Positions 48,956 to 58,242 are shown, numbered from the stretch's first letter. The stretch is 64,000 nt of DNA from Methanobacteriota archaeon (GCA_030594205.1 JAUVFR010000001.1:156252-220251), one strand, 5' to 3'. Numbers and translations: made by a program. Notes: a model not told the origin generated them from the sequence alone.

Positions 48956-48993
48956 AGCAGGCTACGAACCTTTTCTTCGACTCCCGGCAACGG
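48956..48993 (+). repeat. Direct repeat copy 3 (degenerate, about 33/38 identity to copies 1 and 2), with the tRNA-Thr 3'-end core
   Basis: agcaggctacgaaccttttcttcgactcccggcaacgg. It lies in about 950 bp of non-coding, lower-GC DNA. Confidence 0.65.
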
Positions 48994-49166
48994 AGCCTCC
49001 GAGCGGACTCCCAAGAATCGGGAGAACGGAAAATCTCCCGGCCCTACCCAGACCCTTCCTAGTCACTTGCTTAGTCTATAGTTTAATTGGTCCAAATGGT
49101 CCAAGTGGCTGCAATGCCAGACTCCAATTCCGGTGTGTCCGATTGCCGAGCGTAGAACAGGACAGC

Positions 49167-52100
49167 CTATCCCGGGGTTCGTCCGAGCAGTTCTTCCACG
49201 ACAGTCTCCAATTCGAGTCTCTCGGCCCGTTCCCGAGCCGCTTTATACGCCTTGGACGGAAGTTGGTCTTCGAGCTTCCTGAGAAGACTGCTCGCCTCTT
49301 CCTCGATAGCCCGCCGGCGAAGGGTCGAATACTGTCTGCTGGCTGGATGACGGAGGACAAGGCTCAGGAGCTCGACGGCCCGGTCCTCCTCCTGATTTGA
49401 GGCCTTCACCTTGGCCAAATCATACAGCGTTCCCACGATCTCTCGAGTCTGCCCAATCTCCTCAGAGATTGCCAGGCTGGTCAAGTAGTGCTTCTCGGCC
49501 TCCTGGATCTCGCCGCCTTGCAGGGCGACGCTCCCAAGGTTGTTCTGAAACAACTGTCTCCCGCGTTGGAATCCGATCTCCTCCACGTTCCTCAGACCGC
49601 GCTCGTAGGTGGCCCGGGCCTTTGGAAGGTCCCCGGTTGTGACCGCCAAGGCCCCTAGACCCACGAGAGGCCAGGTCTGTCCCACGCGGTCGCCCTGCTC
49701 TTCGAACATGGCGAGGCTCTGGTTCCCCAACCGGGCAGCCTTCTCCAAGTCCCCACTTTGGAACGCACCAAAGAAGAGCCAGGCCATCGAATAGGCTTCC
49801 ATCAATGCGTCTCCCAACTCCCGGGCAATCTCAAGCGCCTCCCCCGCGGCTGCCTCGACCTCCGCTTGCCGATTGAGAAACGCACCGTTTAGGGCGAGGC
49901 AGAAAAGCGGAATGAGCCGTTCCTGTCGGCGATCCATCTTCCGGAGGGTGTCCACGGCCTCTTCGGCGAGTCGTAGTCCCTCCTCCGGGGAACCCAGAAG
50001 GCTGGTAAAGTAACCCTGGATAGCTGTGACCCTCGCTTCCACAACGACGGATTCGGGGTCTTCTGGCTTGCCCTGAAGCGCCTCAGCCGCCGCCGCCAGG
50101 AGCTCGACAGCTTCGTGGTGCCAGCCGTGAAGGTCGTAGACGTGAAGAAAGCCGTTGAGAAATCGGGAGAGGCCACCGGGGTCCTTTCTTCCGACCCAGT
50201 AGCGCCAGGCGGCCCGAATGTTGACGATGTCGTCTTTGATCTCCCGATGGGCGGCCAGCTGCCGCTGGCCCTGAAGGTCGTCCAATCGGTTCTCCACGAA
50301 TCCTGCAAAGTAGGTCCCGTGGGCCTGATCGGCTGTCGCCCTTGCAGCCTCATCGCTCCCGAGCTTCTCCTCCGCGTATTGCCTCACCCCCTCGTGGATC
50401 CAGAAACGACCCGTGTCGGGGTCCCGATGCAGCAAGGACTTTCGTTCCAGGGCCACGAGGTCGCGGACGGAGGCGGTTGCAACCTCCTCCCCCGCCTGGC
50501 GGGTGAAGCCGCCCTGGAAGACGGAGAGCGCCCGTAGGAGGTCCTGGTCCGCGGGCGTGAGGAGGGACCATGAGGCCTCAAAGGCAGCCCGAAGGCTTTG
50601 CTGGCGGCGGGGCAGGTCCGGTGCCTCGGACTGGAGGAAGTCGAGGCTGGTTTCGATCTCCTTTGCGATTTCCGCAAGAGACAGGACGTCTACCCAGGCT
50701 GCCGCGAGGAGAATGCCCAGGGGGTTGCCCTCGACGGAGCGGAGGATCCCGCGGAGATTGGGGAGGTCGTCCTCCTGTAGCGCGAACCCAGGTTCCACAT
50801 TCTCCGCCCGCTGAAGGAACAGCTGCACTGCGCTGGACCCGAGCGCCTCCTCCGAGCGCTCCCATTCCCCGACCGCGAGCCCAGACAGAGGTCGGACCCG
50901 CTCCGCCTGGAGATTAAGCCTCTCTCTGGAGGTAACGAGGAGAGCGACTCTTGGGGCGGTCTCCAGGATCCGCTGGACAAAGTCCGCCCCGTCGAGGAGG
51001 TGTTCGAAGTTATCCATCACGAGGAGCAGCCGTCGCCGTTGCAGGTGGTTCAGAATCTGAATGTCCGGGTCCTCCTCCGTGGATAGGGGAAAGCCTAGCG
51101 CCTCGGCGACCGCCTGCGGAATCCCCTCGGGGGACGCAACAGGGGCCAAGGACACGATGAAGACGCCGTCGGCGAAGGAACGCAGCAGTCGATAGGCCAC
51201 CCTAAGAGCGACGCGGGTCTTGCCGATGCCGCCTGGACCCACGAGACTGACCAGGCGGGACTCGAGATTCTCGAAGGCCGTCACTACTTCCTTTAGCTCC
51301 TCCTCTCGACCGACGACGGGGGCGACCTCCGCAGGCAGGTTGTGGACCGGATCCCTCTGAGGACGAACGGCCAATGGCCCTGCCCCTCTCCCCTCAGTGA
51401 GCGAGAGCGCAGTGGCCTCCGTGGGAAGCGGGATCTCGAATCGTGCGAAGTAGCGTCGAAGGTGGGCCGCCGCGTGTATGAGGGCGGCCAGGCGCTCCCG
51501 GTCCGCCAGGGCCTTCTTGTTGCAGAAGTTCAGGCCGACCGCCGTGGCCGCGAGGAGGAATTGGCCCCAGAGATCGTCGGTCAGGCTCGGATGGGTCTTG
51601 TCCACCCAACCCTGAAAGGCCCGTCGAACGACGATCGAGATGGAGGCCGCCCCTGCCAGTTCGATGGGGACCTCGTCGGCATCCAGGAGGTCGCCCCGCG
51701 CAAACCCGGCCGCGAAGCTTGCCCATTTGGGCAACGACACCTGAGGGAGAAGGTGGAGCAGATGGGAGAGCTCGAGGTATGCGTGGTCGTAGAGGAGGGG
51801 GGATTGCTGCTTGTAGAGGGCGAAGTCGATTAGATAATACCCGTCGAGTTTGTTCTCTTGGGGCGAGAATTTTGCCAGGATGTTCCCCGTGTTGAGGTCG
51901 CCATGCTGAAAACCCAGAATGGAATCGATGGGTCTCGTGTCGGACCATAGGTCCGGATCTCGGGCGTAGGCCAGGGGGTTGGGGTACGCGACGCCCTCGA
52001 GGAGAAGTCCGGGGGTCTCGGGCCGAACCCGACATACGTCTTGGAGAAACGTCTCGATCCGGCCCCCTTCCTCGAGTCGGTAGCCCAGCCAACGAGTCAG

Positions 52101-52595
52101 GAGGTCGCGGGGATGAGTCGCCCTTTCGAAGGACGCGCCTTCATTCCACTCGCCGAGTAGTCCCCCCATGACTGTCTGGGCGATGGTTGCGAATTGACCC
52201 CGGGAGCGGAAGGCCGAGAGGGGACGGTAACTCTGCAGAGATTCGCCTGCGATGGTGTAGAAGATGACCACTGAATCCCCGTATTCCACCTGTTCCATGG
52301 CGAGGTCGGGCATGTGGTCCCGCGCGAAGGGGACGGGCGCCGCCGTCCGGGCCATGCGATGGCGCTCTACCTCTCCCGGACCGTAGGGGTTCCGGCGATC
52401 GAGCTTCAGGATCAGGTGTTCCAATCGAGGCGCGTTCGCGCGCGAAGCGCTTGCGAGATAGAGATAGGCGCCCGATCGACCCCCTCCCAATCGAGAGAGG
52501 GGTGTCACCCTCAGGCCATGTCGGGCCAGGGCCTCGCGAAGCGCTTCCTGAAGGTGTTCGGGAAGCTCCTCGAACTCAGGGGCAAGCTCTGGCAT
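49167..52595 (-). CDS. Multidomain signalling ATPase: N-terminal protein-kinase-like/APH-like domain, central STAND (NB-ARC-type) NTPase, C-terminal TPR repeats
   Basis: 1142 aa. Kinase-like features: G-loop LGGGRSGAYLY, VAIK-like HLILKLD, catalytic-loop-like HGDLNTGNILAKF and DFG-like YLIDFALY. STAND features: Walker A LVGPGGIGKTRVALRVA, Walker B RRLLLVMDNFEHLL. The C-terminal ~450 aa are helical TPR-like repeats. Confidence 0.85.
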   Translation of the reverse strand: MPELAPEFEELPEHLQEALREALARHGLRVTPLSRLGGGRSGAYLYLASASRANAPRLEHLILKLDRRNPYGPGEVERHRMARTAAPVPFARDHMPDLAMEQVEYGDSVVIFYTIAGESLQSYRPLSAFRSRGQFATIAQTVMGGLLGEWNEGASFERATHPRDLLTRWLGYRLEEGGRIETFLQDVCRVRPETPGLLLEGVAYPNPLAYARDPDLWSDTRPIDSILGFQHGDLNTGNILAKFSPQENKLDGYYLIDFALYKQQSPLLYDHAYLELSHLLHLLPQVSLPKWASFAAGFARGDLLDADEVPIELAGAASISIVVRRAFQGWVDKTHPSLTDDLWGQFLLAATAVGLNFCNKKALADRERLAALIHAAAHLRRYFARFEIPLPTEATALSLTEGRGAGPLAVRPQRDPVHNLPAEVAPVVGREEELKEVVTAFENLESRLVSLVGPGGIGKTRVALRVAYRLLRSFADGVFIVSLAPVASPEGIPQAVAEALGFPLSTEEDPDIQILNHLQRRRLLLVMDNFEHLLDGADFVQRILETAPRVALLVTSRERLNLQAERVRPLSGLAVGEWERSEEALGSSAVQLFLQRAENVEPGFALQEDDLPNLRGILRSVEGNPLGILLAAAWVDVLSLAEIAKEIETSLDFLQSEAPDLPRRQQSLRAAFEASWSLLTPADQDLLRALSVFQGGFTRQAGEEVATASVRDLVALERKSLLHRDPDTGRFWIHEGVRQYAEEKLGSDEAARATADQAHGTYFAGFVENRLDDLQGQRQLAAHREIKDDIVNIRAAWRYWVGRKDPGGLSRFLNGFLHVYDLHGWHHEAVELLAAAAEALQGKPEDPESVVVEARVTAIQGYFTSLLGSPEEGLRLAEEAVDTLRKMDRRQERLIPLFCLALNGAFLNRQAEVEAAAGEALEIARELGDALMEAYSMAWLFFGAFQSGDLEKAARLGNQSLAMFEEQGDRVGQTWPLVGLGALAVTTGDLPKARATYERGLRNVEEIGFQRGRQLFQNNLGSVALQGGEIQEAEKHYLTSLAISEEIGQTREIVGTLYDLAKVKASNQEEDRAVELLSLVLRHPASRQYSTLRRRAIEEEASSLLRKLEDQLPSKAYKAARERAERLELETVVEELLGRTPG

Positions 52596-52683
52596 GTTAC
52601 AGCTTCCGGGCCTCCCGGGGCGGTGGTTAGCCAGTGGATTTCCCGTCGAGCTTCACGGGCTTCTCCGCGCCCCGAGACAGGCT

Positions 52684-52731
52684 CCCGAGAGGTGGCGGGA
52701 TACAAACCTTTTCTCTAACTCCCGGCAACGG
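52684..52731 (+). repeat. Direct repeat copy 2 (48 nt), longest match to the tRNA-Thr 3' end
   Basis: cccgagaggtGgcgggatacaaaccttttctctAactcccggcaacgg. Its 3' tcccggcaacggct is a 14-nt exact match to tRNA-Thr 44339-44352. It lies 89-136 nt upstream of the STAND gene start. Confidence 0.75.
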
Positions 52732-52909
52732 CTTCGCTTGCCCTATTTTCACGGACCCGCTCTCCCCCTTTATATGCGGCTCGCGGTTCGTCCCAAGGGG
52801 GACATCCACGGAGCGGTCTTCTCTCTCCGTCTCACCTCTTGCCCAGGCGAGAGCGGAAGCCTCACCCCTGCCCCTCCCGGAAGGGACGGAGGGGCTCCGC
52901 GTGCTCGCC

Positions 52910-53941
52910 ATGTACCCGTTCCTCGCGGAGGCTTCCCGTTACATTCGCGACCAAGGCTTGTCCCTGGAGGAGGTTCTCGATCACCGCGCCTTCCAGGGAG
53001 CGCGGAACTGGGCCCGGGAACGGGTCTTCACCTCCTTGGAGACGGGCGATCTGCCCAACCCCCCCCTATCCCGTTCGGCCGAATGTTTGGAGGCCCTCTA
53101 CGCGTACCCCCTCGCCCGCATCCTTGTATCCTGCGTCGGCGACGGTTTCCTCGTTCGCCGATTCGCCTTGGCCGAGGCGGACCTGGCGCGCCGACGTCTC
53201 TCCCGGGAGAGTGACGACTTCCTCCTCGCGGCCAGTCACGCCCTCGGACTCGACGCCCTGCGCGATGGCGCCTTTCGCCTCCACTTCAGTGACTTCCTAC
53301 GAGCGACGCGGCAGCTCCGGGGGAAGGAGTGGAAGCTGATTAATCAACCCGTCCGGGAAGGATTTGTCCTGCTGAGCCGAGACCGTTTCCTCCGCGTCGT
53401 GGAAGGACACCTGCGCAACCGCTTCGAAGCGGAGCTCCCGCTGGAGGTCAACCCCACGCTCCTCCGCGCCTTCGAGGAGGAGGTGATCGAGTTGCACACG
53501 GCGCTTCGGGATCGCCGCTCCAGGCTTCAGGGGGAGGACCTCGGAACCATCCGGGTCACCAACTTCCCCCCTTGCATGGAGAAGCTCCTCGCGACGGTCC
53601 TCGCCTCGGAGAACGTGTCCCATCCGGGACGGTTTGCCCTCGTGTCGTTCATGAACAACATCGGCCTCGGCTTCGACGAGATTTACCAGATTTTCGCCTC
53701 CGTGCCCGACTTCCGGGAGAGCGTCACCCGATACCAGATCGAGCACATCACAGGACAGATCTCGGGCACGGTGTACACGGCCCCCGAGTGCAGCACGATG
53801 AAGTCCTACGGCATCTGCCCGGGGCCGGACCGGCTCTGCGAGACCATCACCCATCCTCTCTCCTACTACCGAAAGAAGACGCGGATGTCCGGGACGGCCA
53901 AGAAGGCCCCCGCGGACCGGCCCGCGAAGGCCGCCTCCTAG
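52910..53941 (+). CDS. priL: DNA primase large subunit PriL
   Basis: 343 aa from ATG 52910. The C-terminal domain has four Cys for the Fe-S cluster: NFPPCMEKLL ... APECSTMKSYGICPGPDRLCETITHP. The upstream part of the track ORF overlaps the repeat and was rejected. Confidence 0.75.
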   Translation: MYPFLAEASRYIRDQGLSLEEVLDHRAFQGARNWARERVFTSLETGDLPNPPLSRSAECLEALYAYPLARILVSCVGDGFLVRRFALAEADLARRRLSRESDDFLLAASHALGLDALRDGAFRLHFSDFLRATRQLRGKEWKLINQPVREGFVLLSRDRFLRVVEGHLRNRFEAELPLEVNPTLLRAFEEEVIELHTALRDRRSRLQGEDLGTIRVTNFPPCMEKLLATVLASENVSHPGRFALVSFMNNIGLGFDEIYQIFASVPDFRESVTRYQIEHITGQISGTVYTAPECSTMKSYGICPGPDRLCETITHPLSYYRKKTRMSGTAKKAPADRPAKAAS

Positions 53942-54594
53942 GCGGACCCCTCTCCCGCCCCGAGGCGCTTCCAGGCCTCCACCCCCCGTTGGATGGCGGT
54001 GAGATTTCCCAGGATGCCAAACAGGAGGAGGGCATACTCCATCATGGTGAAGCTGAGGGCCCCCAGGCCGAGGAAGAGGAGGGGCTCGCTGGGATCAAGG
54101 AACAAATGAAGGAGAAGGACCAGGAGAAGGATGACGAGTCGGTCGGCTCGGCCAAGGAGTCCCCCGTAGAGGCGTCCGATGCCCACGGCCTGCGCCTGGG
54201 TCCCCAGGTAGCTCGTCAGCAGGACCCCGAGGAGGCCAAAGAAGACGATGGGCTGGCGGGCGTAGATGCTGAAGAAGAGCCCCGTCAGGATGAGGACGTC
54301 CGCATAGCGGTCGAACACATGGTCCATGAAGTCCCCCCGGGGCGACGCGATTCCCCGCAGGCGCGCCACCTTCCCGTCCAGGGCGTCCAGGAGCGAGCTG
54401 ACGGCGAGGGCGATGAAGGCTGCTGCCAGGGCTAGGACCTCATTGATGACCCCCGCGAGGGCCACGGAGAGGCCCGCGAGGCCTGCGGTTCCGAGCCCGA
54501 GCCAGGAGAGGAGGTTCGGCGAAACGTGACGCAGGCGGACGGCCATGGGCGTCAGGATTCGGTCTGCGACCCGTCGGTACGAATCCAGCACCAC
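53938..54594 (-). CDS. CDP-alcohol phosphatidyltransferase family protein (second copy; lipid head-group synthase-like, e.g. archaetidylinositol-phosphate synthase-type)
   Basis: 218 aa. DALDGKVARLRGIASPRGDFMDHVFDRYAD is the family signature. Polytopic. Convergent 4-nt overlap with priL. Confidence 0.8.
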   Translation of the reverse strand: MVLDSYRRVADRILTPMAVRLRHVSPNLLSWLGLGTAGLAGLSVALAGVINEVLALAAAFIALAVSSLLDALDGKVARLRGIASPRGDFMDHVFDRYADVLILTGLFFSIYARQPIVFFGLLGVLLTSYLGTQAQAVGIGRLYGGLLGRADRLVILLLVLLLHLFLDPSEPLLFLGLGALSFTMMEYALLLFGILGNLTAIQRGVEAWKRLGAGEGSA

Positions 54595-54673
54595 GTTTTC
54601 ACCCTCACTCTCTTCCCATTAGGGGGATGGTGCATGGGCCATCTCCTTCATCACTTTTATCGCCCCGACCCGC

Positions 54674-55246
54674 TTGTGGAAGTTCATGGACCCGGAGCGC
54701 AGGGACAGGAGGCCCCCGCGATTCAGTCGCATCCGCGATCTCTTGGGTCTCCTCGTCCCGCTCCTCATGCTCGTGACTGGAATCGCACTAACCATCGCCT
54801 CCTCCCTCACGGTTTCCATGTTGGTCGGGACGGAGGACTTCCAGGGGTCAGCCGAGCCCGGCGACACATCGCGGCCCCTGGCGCGCATGGATTACAGCAT
54901 CGTGGCTTTCGAGGCCGATGGACTTCCCTGCCCTCTCCTCGTCTACCCCCTCAGCCTGGGAGAGCACACAATCTACCTGGAGAGTGGCACCCTTCCTCAG
55001 GCGAGCCTGAACTGCGACCGACCGTTCCTCAACCTGACGCAACAGGTGAGCCACTTTGTCCTTCGGAACCTGGACCCCATTGACGCCCAGAACTACTCCG
55101 TGAACGCCACGTTCTTCTCTGGGTCTCGCCCCTACCTCGGTCTCGCGATTCCCGCGATCTTCTTCATCTTCGTCGGCGGGGTCTCCCTGCTCGTCCGCAT
55201 GCTCACCCGCGGCATCGAGAAGTTCATGCGAGACGCTGAGAAGTAA
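54674..55246 (+). CDS. Hypothetical bitopic membrane/surface protein (N- and C-terminal TM helices; N-x-S/T sequons in the central domain)
   Basis: 190 aa. TM1 LLGLLVPLLMLVTGIALTIASSL, TM2 LGLAIPAIFFIFVGGVSLLV. Central-domain sequons NLT, NYS and NAT. Confidence 0.45.
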   Translation: MWKFMDPERRDRRPPRFSRIRDLLGLLVPLLMLVTGIALTIASSLTVSMLVGTEDFQGSAEPGDTSRPLARMDYSIVAFEADGLPCPLLVYPLSLGEHTIYLESGTLPQASLNCDRPFLNLTQQVSHFVLRNLDPIDAQNYSVNATFFSGSRPYLGLAIPAIFFIFVGGVSLLVRMLTRGIEKFMRDAEK

Positions 55247-55318
55247 AGAAAACAAAAGAAAGGGGAGGGGTGGGCGCCCGAAGGCGCGCCCCTCGAGAGT
55301 TGTGTTGGCTTGGTAGCT

Positions 55319-57985
55319 CTACGTCCCGCCTTTTCGTCCCCACACGACAGCGAAGGCGATGGCGACGACCGCGACCACCACGGCCACGATGGCCACGATG
55401 AGCACGGTGTTCGCGAGGCTCGTTGCCGCAGCCGCCGCCGCGTTCGCGGCGTCAGCTGCTTCCACAGCCACGTCGAGTTCTGTCTGGAAGGCGTTGAGCG
55501 CATCGTCAATGACGACCGTGAGGTCGGCGATGATGGCGCTGCTCAGACTGAGGCTGGTGAACGACTGGACGTTCACGACAGGAAGCGCTGCTTCCTCGCC
55601 CACGACGATGGTCTGCAGGTCGTACGTACCCGCCACGAGGGCCGTCGTCTGGTCGGCCGTGAGCGTAATGTCCCACTGGCCGGGCCCGGTGCGGACCGCG
55701 TCACCGCTGAAGAGAATGTTCTTCGTGGTCGGGTCCAGGAGGAGCCAGGCCGAGGTGGCAATCCGGTCGTACGGCACGCCCTCAAGGCTGGTCGCGAACT
55801 CGAAGGTGGCTGGGAAGGTCTGGATGACTGCGGGCGGCGTTCCGAGGACGACGTCGGGCACGCGGATCGTTCCGAGGAAGTCCCACGCGTCCTGCTCGAT
55901 CGGGTAGCCCGTGCGATGGGCCGTGTACAGGGCACCCTCTGGTGCCGTGAAGTACTGGTCGAGGTAGTACGGTCCTTGGCTGACGTAGTAGTTGCAGGTC
56001 CAGATGGATGGGCCGTTCACGCAGGCGGGGTTCACCCGGTTCCGCCACTCGTCCAGGGCCGTCCACCGGGCATCGGCCGCGGCGGTGTCGACGGCGACCT
56101 GGGCTGCGAGTGCCGGATCCAGGTTTCCCGCGAGCAGGAACGCCGGGATCATGCTGTTCGCCAGGTTGTCCGCAAGCCGCGGGTCGAAGAAGGTAAGGGT
56201 GGCTCCCTTGGCCAGGTCCAACTCCACCTGGTTCAACAGGCCGGCAGACGTGTCGTCGAAGGCGACTTCCGCGTTGCTGAGGACCGACTCCGTCATGATC
56301 TGGTTGAGCTCCCACGGGTACCACGGGAAGATGGGAATCCGTCCCGCGATGAGCGTTTCGTCTGGGTTGTACGTGTCGTAGTACATGCGGATGGTGTCGG
56401 CGTCAAGGACCTCGAATCCCTTGAACGAGGAGTCCCACCGAGTGAGGTAGATCTGGGCTGCGTTGTTCGGGTTCTGGATAGCGAGGTCTCCGGACGCCAT
56501 TCGTGACATCATGGCGATTTGCGCGACGACGTCGGTCATCGTGATCGCCTCGCCATGGTGGAACTCTCCGAAGAGCATGTCGAAGTCCACGTAGGCCCCG
56601 GTAGTCAGGCCCGCCGTCACGTTCTCGAACAAGTTCGAGGACACGTTGAACGCCTGGGCCGAGGTCGGGACGTCGTGTGTGCCCAGCGGTCCCACGTTGT
56701 TGATGGTGAACGGGGTACGCACCGGAATGGTGAGCCCGGTGTGGGGGTGGCTGTAGGTCCCGAAGTCCTGTATGGTAACCTGCGCGTACACGGAGTACAC
56801 ATCCTGGTGGCCCCCGTAGGCGTTCCAACCGGAACCCGTGTGGACCGGCTGCGCGATGTTCAGGGTGCCGCCGGCGACGCCGTTTTTCATCGTCGTTCGT
56901 AGGGCGAACGGCTGCAGGTTCCCTGCGAAGATGCCGAAGGCCGTGTTGCTGAGTACGTCGTTGTATGCGTACACGTCTGTCTGCGCCGTGACGAAGCTAC
57001 GGATGCCATCCTTCATGCCCAGTGACGTGCAGGCCCGCTGGAGATCGCGGCGCTCGTCGAGGGTCGTGTAGAGACCATCATTCAGGGTCTCGCAGGCGAT
57101 GGAGAGGGAGGCCGGTGGAGTGTAGTCATCCCACAGTGCACTCCCGAAGTCACCGTTGTAGAAGTAGTTCGTCTGGGTGTCCTCGAACTGGACGAATCCA
57201 GAGGATCCCCAACCTTCGGTGTACATGTTCCACTGGCCGAGCTTCGCATCGTTGAAGTAGACCTTGTCGAGTGCCTCGGAGAATGTCGAGGGGTCGAGCA
57301 CCGACGTGAAGCCCAACTTCGTGACTTCGGTGGCCACGTAGGCCCCGATTTCGAAGCGGGTGTCTTCGACACGCTGGACGATGATGACCTCGATGTTGGC
57401 GCCGTTCATCAGCCACTGGTTCGTGGCCGAATTGAAGGTGGCTCCGGAAACGCGGGACATGGCGTCATCGACTATGGCCTTCGCCCGCGCGGGGTCGTAG
57501 GAGTACGATGTCTCAATGCCTGCGAAGAAGGCAGCGTCCCGGACGAATTCGGGTTCTGCCTGGAAGTGGGCTGAATACATGGGAATGGCGAAGCCCCCCT
57601 CGATTTCGGTGGCGATGAAATCCCTGTCGTACGCCCAGTGCATGGCCTCACGAATCTCGCGGATAGTGAACGGGTTGAAGTCACCGCTAGACGGTGCTAC
57701 CGGGTTGACCTGCATGCCACGGAACCCGGAGAAGGCTTGCTTGACATTGATGTTCGGATCGTCCCGGGCCGCCACCTTGTCTGTGGCGGCATCCAACGAG
57801 AAGATATACATGTCGATATCTCCGGCCGAGAGGGCTGCGATGGACTGGTCCTGTGGTAGGACTGAGAAGACCATCGAGTCCACGTAGCCGCCGAAAACTT
57901 GGGCGGCGGCATGTCTAGGAAGGGCGAATGCTCCGACCGTCAGTAGCAATGCTGCTACTGCTATCACCACAATTGCTCTTTTCAA
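55319..57985 (-). CDS. ABC transporter substrate-binding protein, family 5 (oligopeptide/dipeptide type), large archaeal form with C-terminal TM anchor
   Basis: 888 aa. Signal peptide MKRAIVVIAVAALLLTVGAFALPRHAAAQ. C-terminal hydrophobic anchor LIVAIVAVVVAVVAIAFAVVWGRKGGT preceded by an A-rich linker. The body has periplasmic-binding-protein fold cluster C features. Confidence 0.8.
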   Translation of the reverse strand: MKRAIVVIAVAALLLTVGAFALPRHAAAQVFGGYVDSMVFSVLPQDQSIAALSAGDIDMYIFSLDAATDKVAARDDPNINVKQAFSGFRGMQVNPVAPSSGDFNPFTIREIREAMHWAYDRDFIATEIEGGFAIPMYSAHFQAEPEFVRDAAFFAGIETSYSYDPARAKAIVDDAMSRVSGATFNSATNQWLMNGANIEVIIVQRVEDTRFEIGAYVATEVTKLGFTSVLDPSTFSEALDKVYFNDAKLGQWNMYTEGWGSSGFVQFEDTQTNYFYNGDFGSALWDDYTPPASLSIACETLNDGLYTTLDERRDLQRACTSLGMKDGIRSFVTAQTDVYAYNDVLSNTAFGIFAGNLQPFALRTTMKNGVAGGTLNIAQPVHTGSGWNAYGGHQDVYSVYAQVTIQDFGTYSHPHTGLTIPVRTPFTINNVGPLGTHDVPTSAQAFNVSSNLFENVTAGLTTGAYVDFDMLFGEFHHGEAITMTDVVAQIAMMSRMASGDLAIQNPNNAAQIYLTRWDSSFKGFEVLDADTIRMYYDTYNPDETLIAGRIPIFPWYPWELNQIMTESVLSNAEVAFDDTSAGLLNQVELDLAKGATLTFFDPRLADNLANSMIPAFLLAGNLDPALAAQVAVDTAAADARWTALDEWRNRVNPACVNGPSIWTCNYYVSQGPYYLDQYFTAPEGALYTAHRTGYPIEQDAWDFLGTIRVPDVVLGTPPAVIQTFPATFEFATSLEGVPYDRIATSAWLLLDPTTKNILFSGDAVRTGPGQWDITLTADQTTALVAGTYDLQTIVVGEEAALPVVNVQSFTSLSLSSAIIADLTVVIDDALNAFQTELDVAVEAADAANAAAAAATSLANTVLIVAIVAVVVAVVAIAFAVVWGRKGGT

Positions 57986-58242
57986 CTTTCTTTCCTCCTC
58001 TTGCTCCCCCGATCAACTATGGAACAGGCGCTCTTGAGGTTCAAAGCCTCCAACCAGACCTCTCTATTTAACGCTTTCCTGGGCCAGAGGTCCAGAGTAT
58101 GGGCCCTCCAGTCAGTCGGCTGAGCGGCGATCGTTCGCCCCGACCCTCGGGTTCACACACCGAACAGACCACCGTCATCTTGCACTGCGCACAAAAGGTT
58201 TAGGAGGCCTGGCTTCCTCATTTCCGCCGGAGATTCAGAGAA

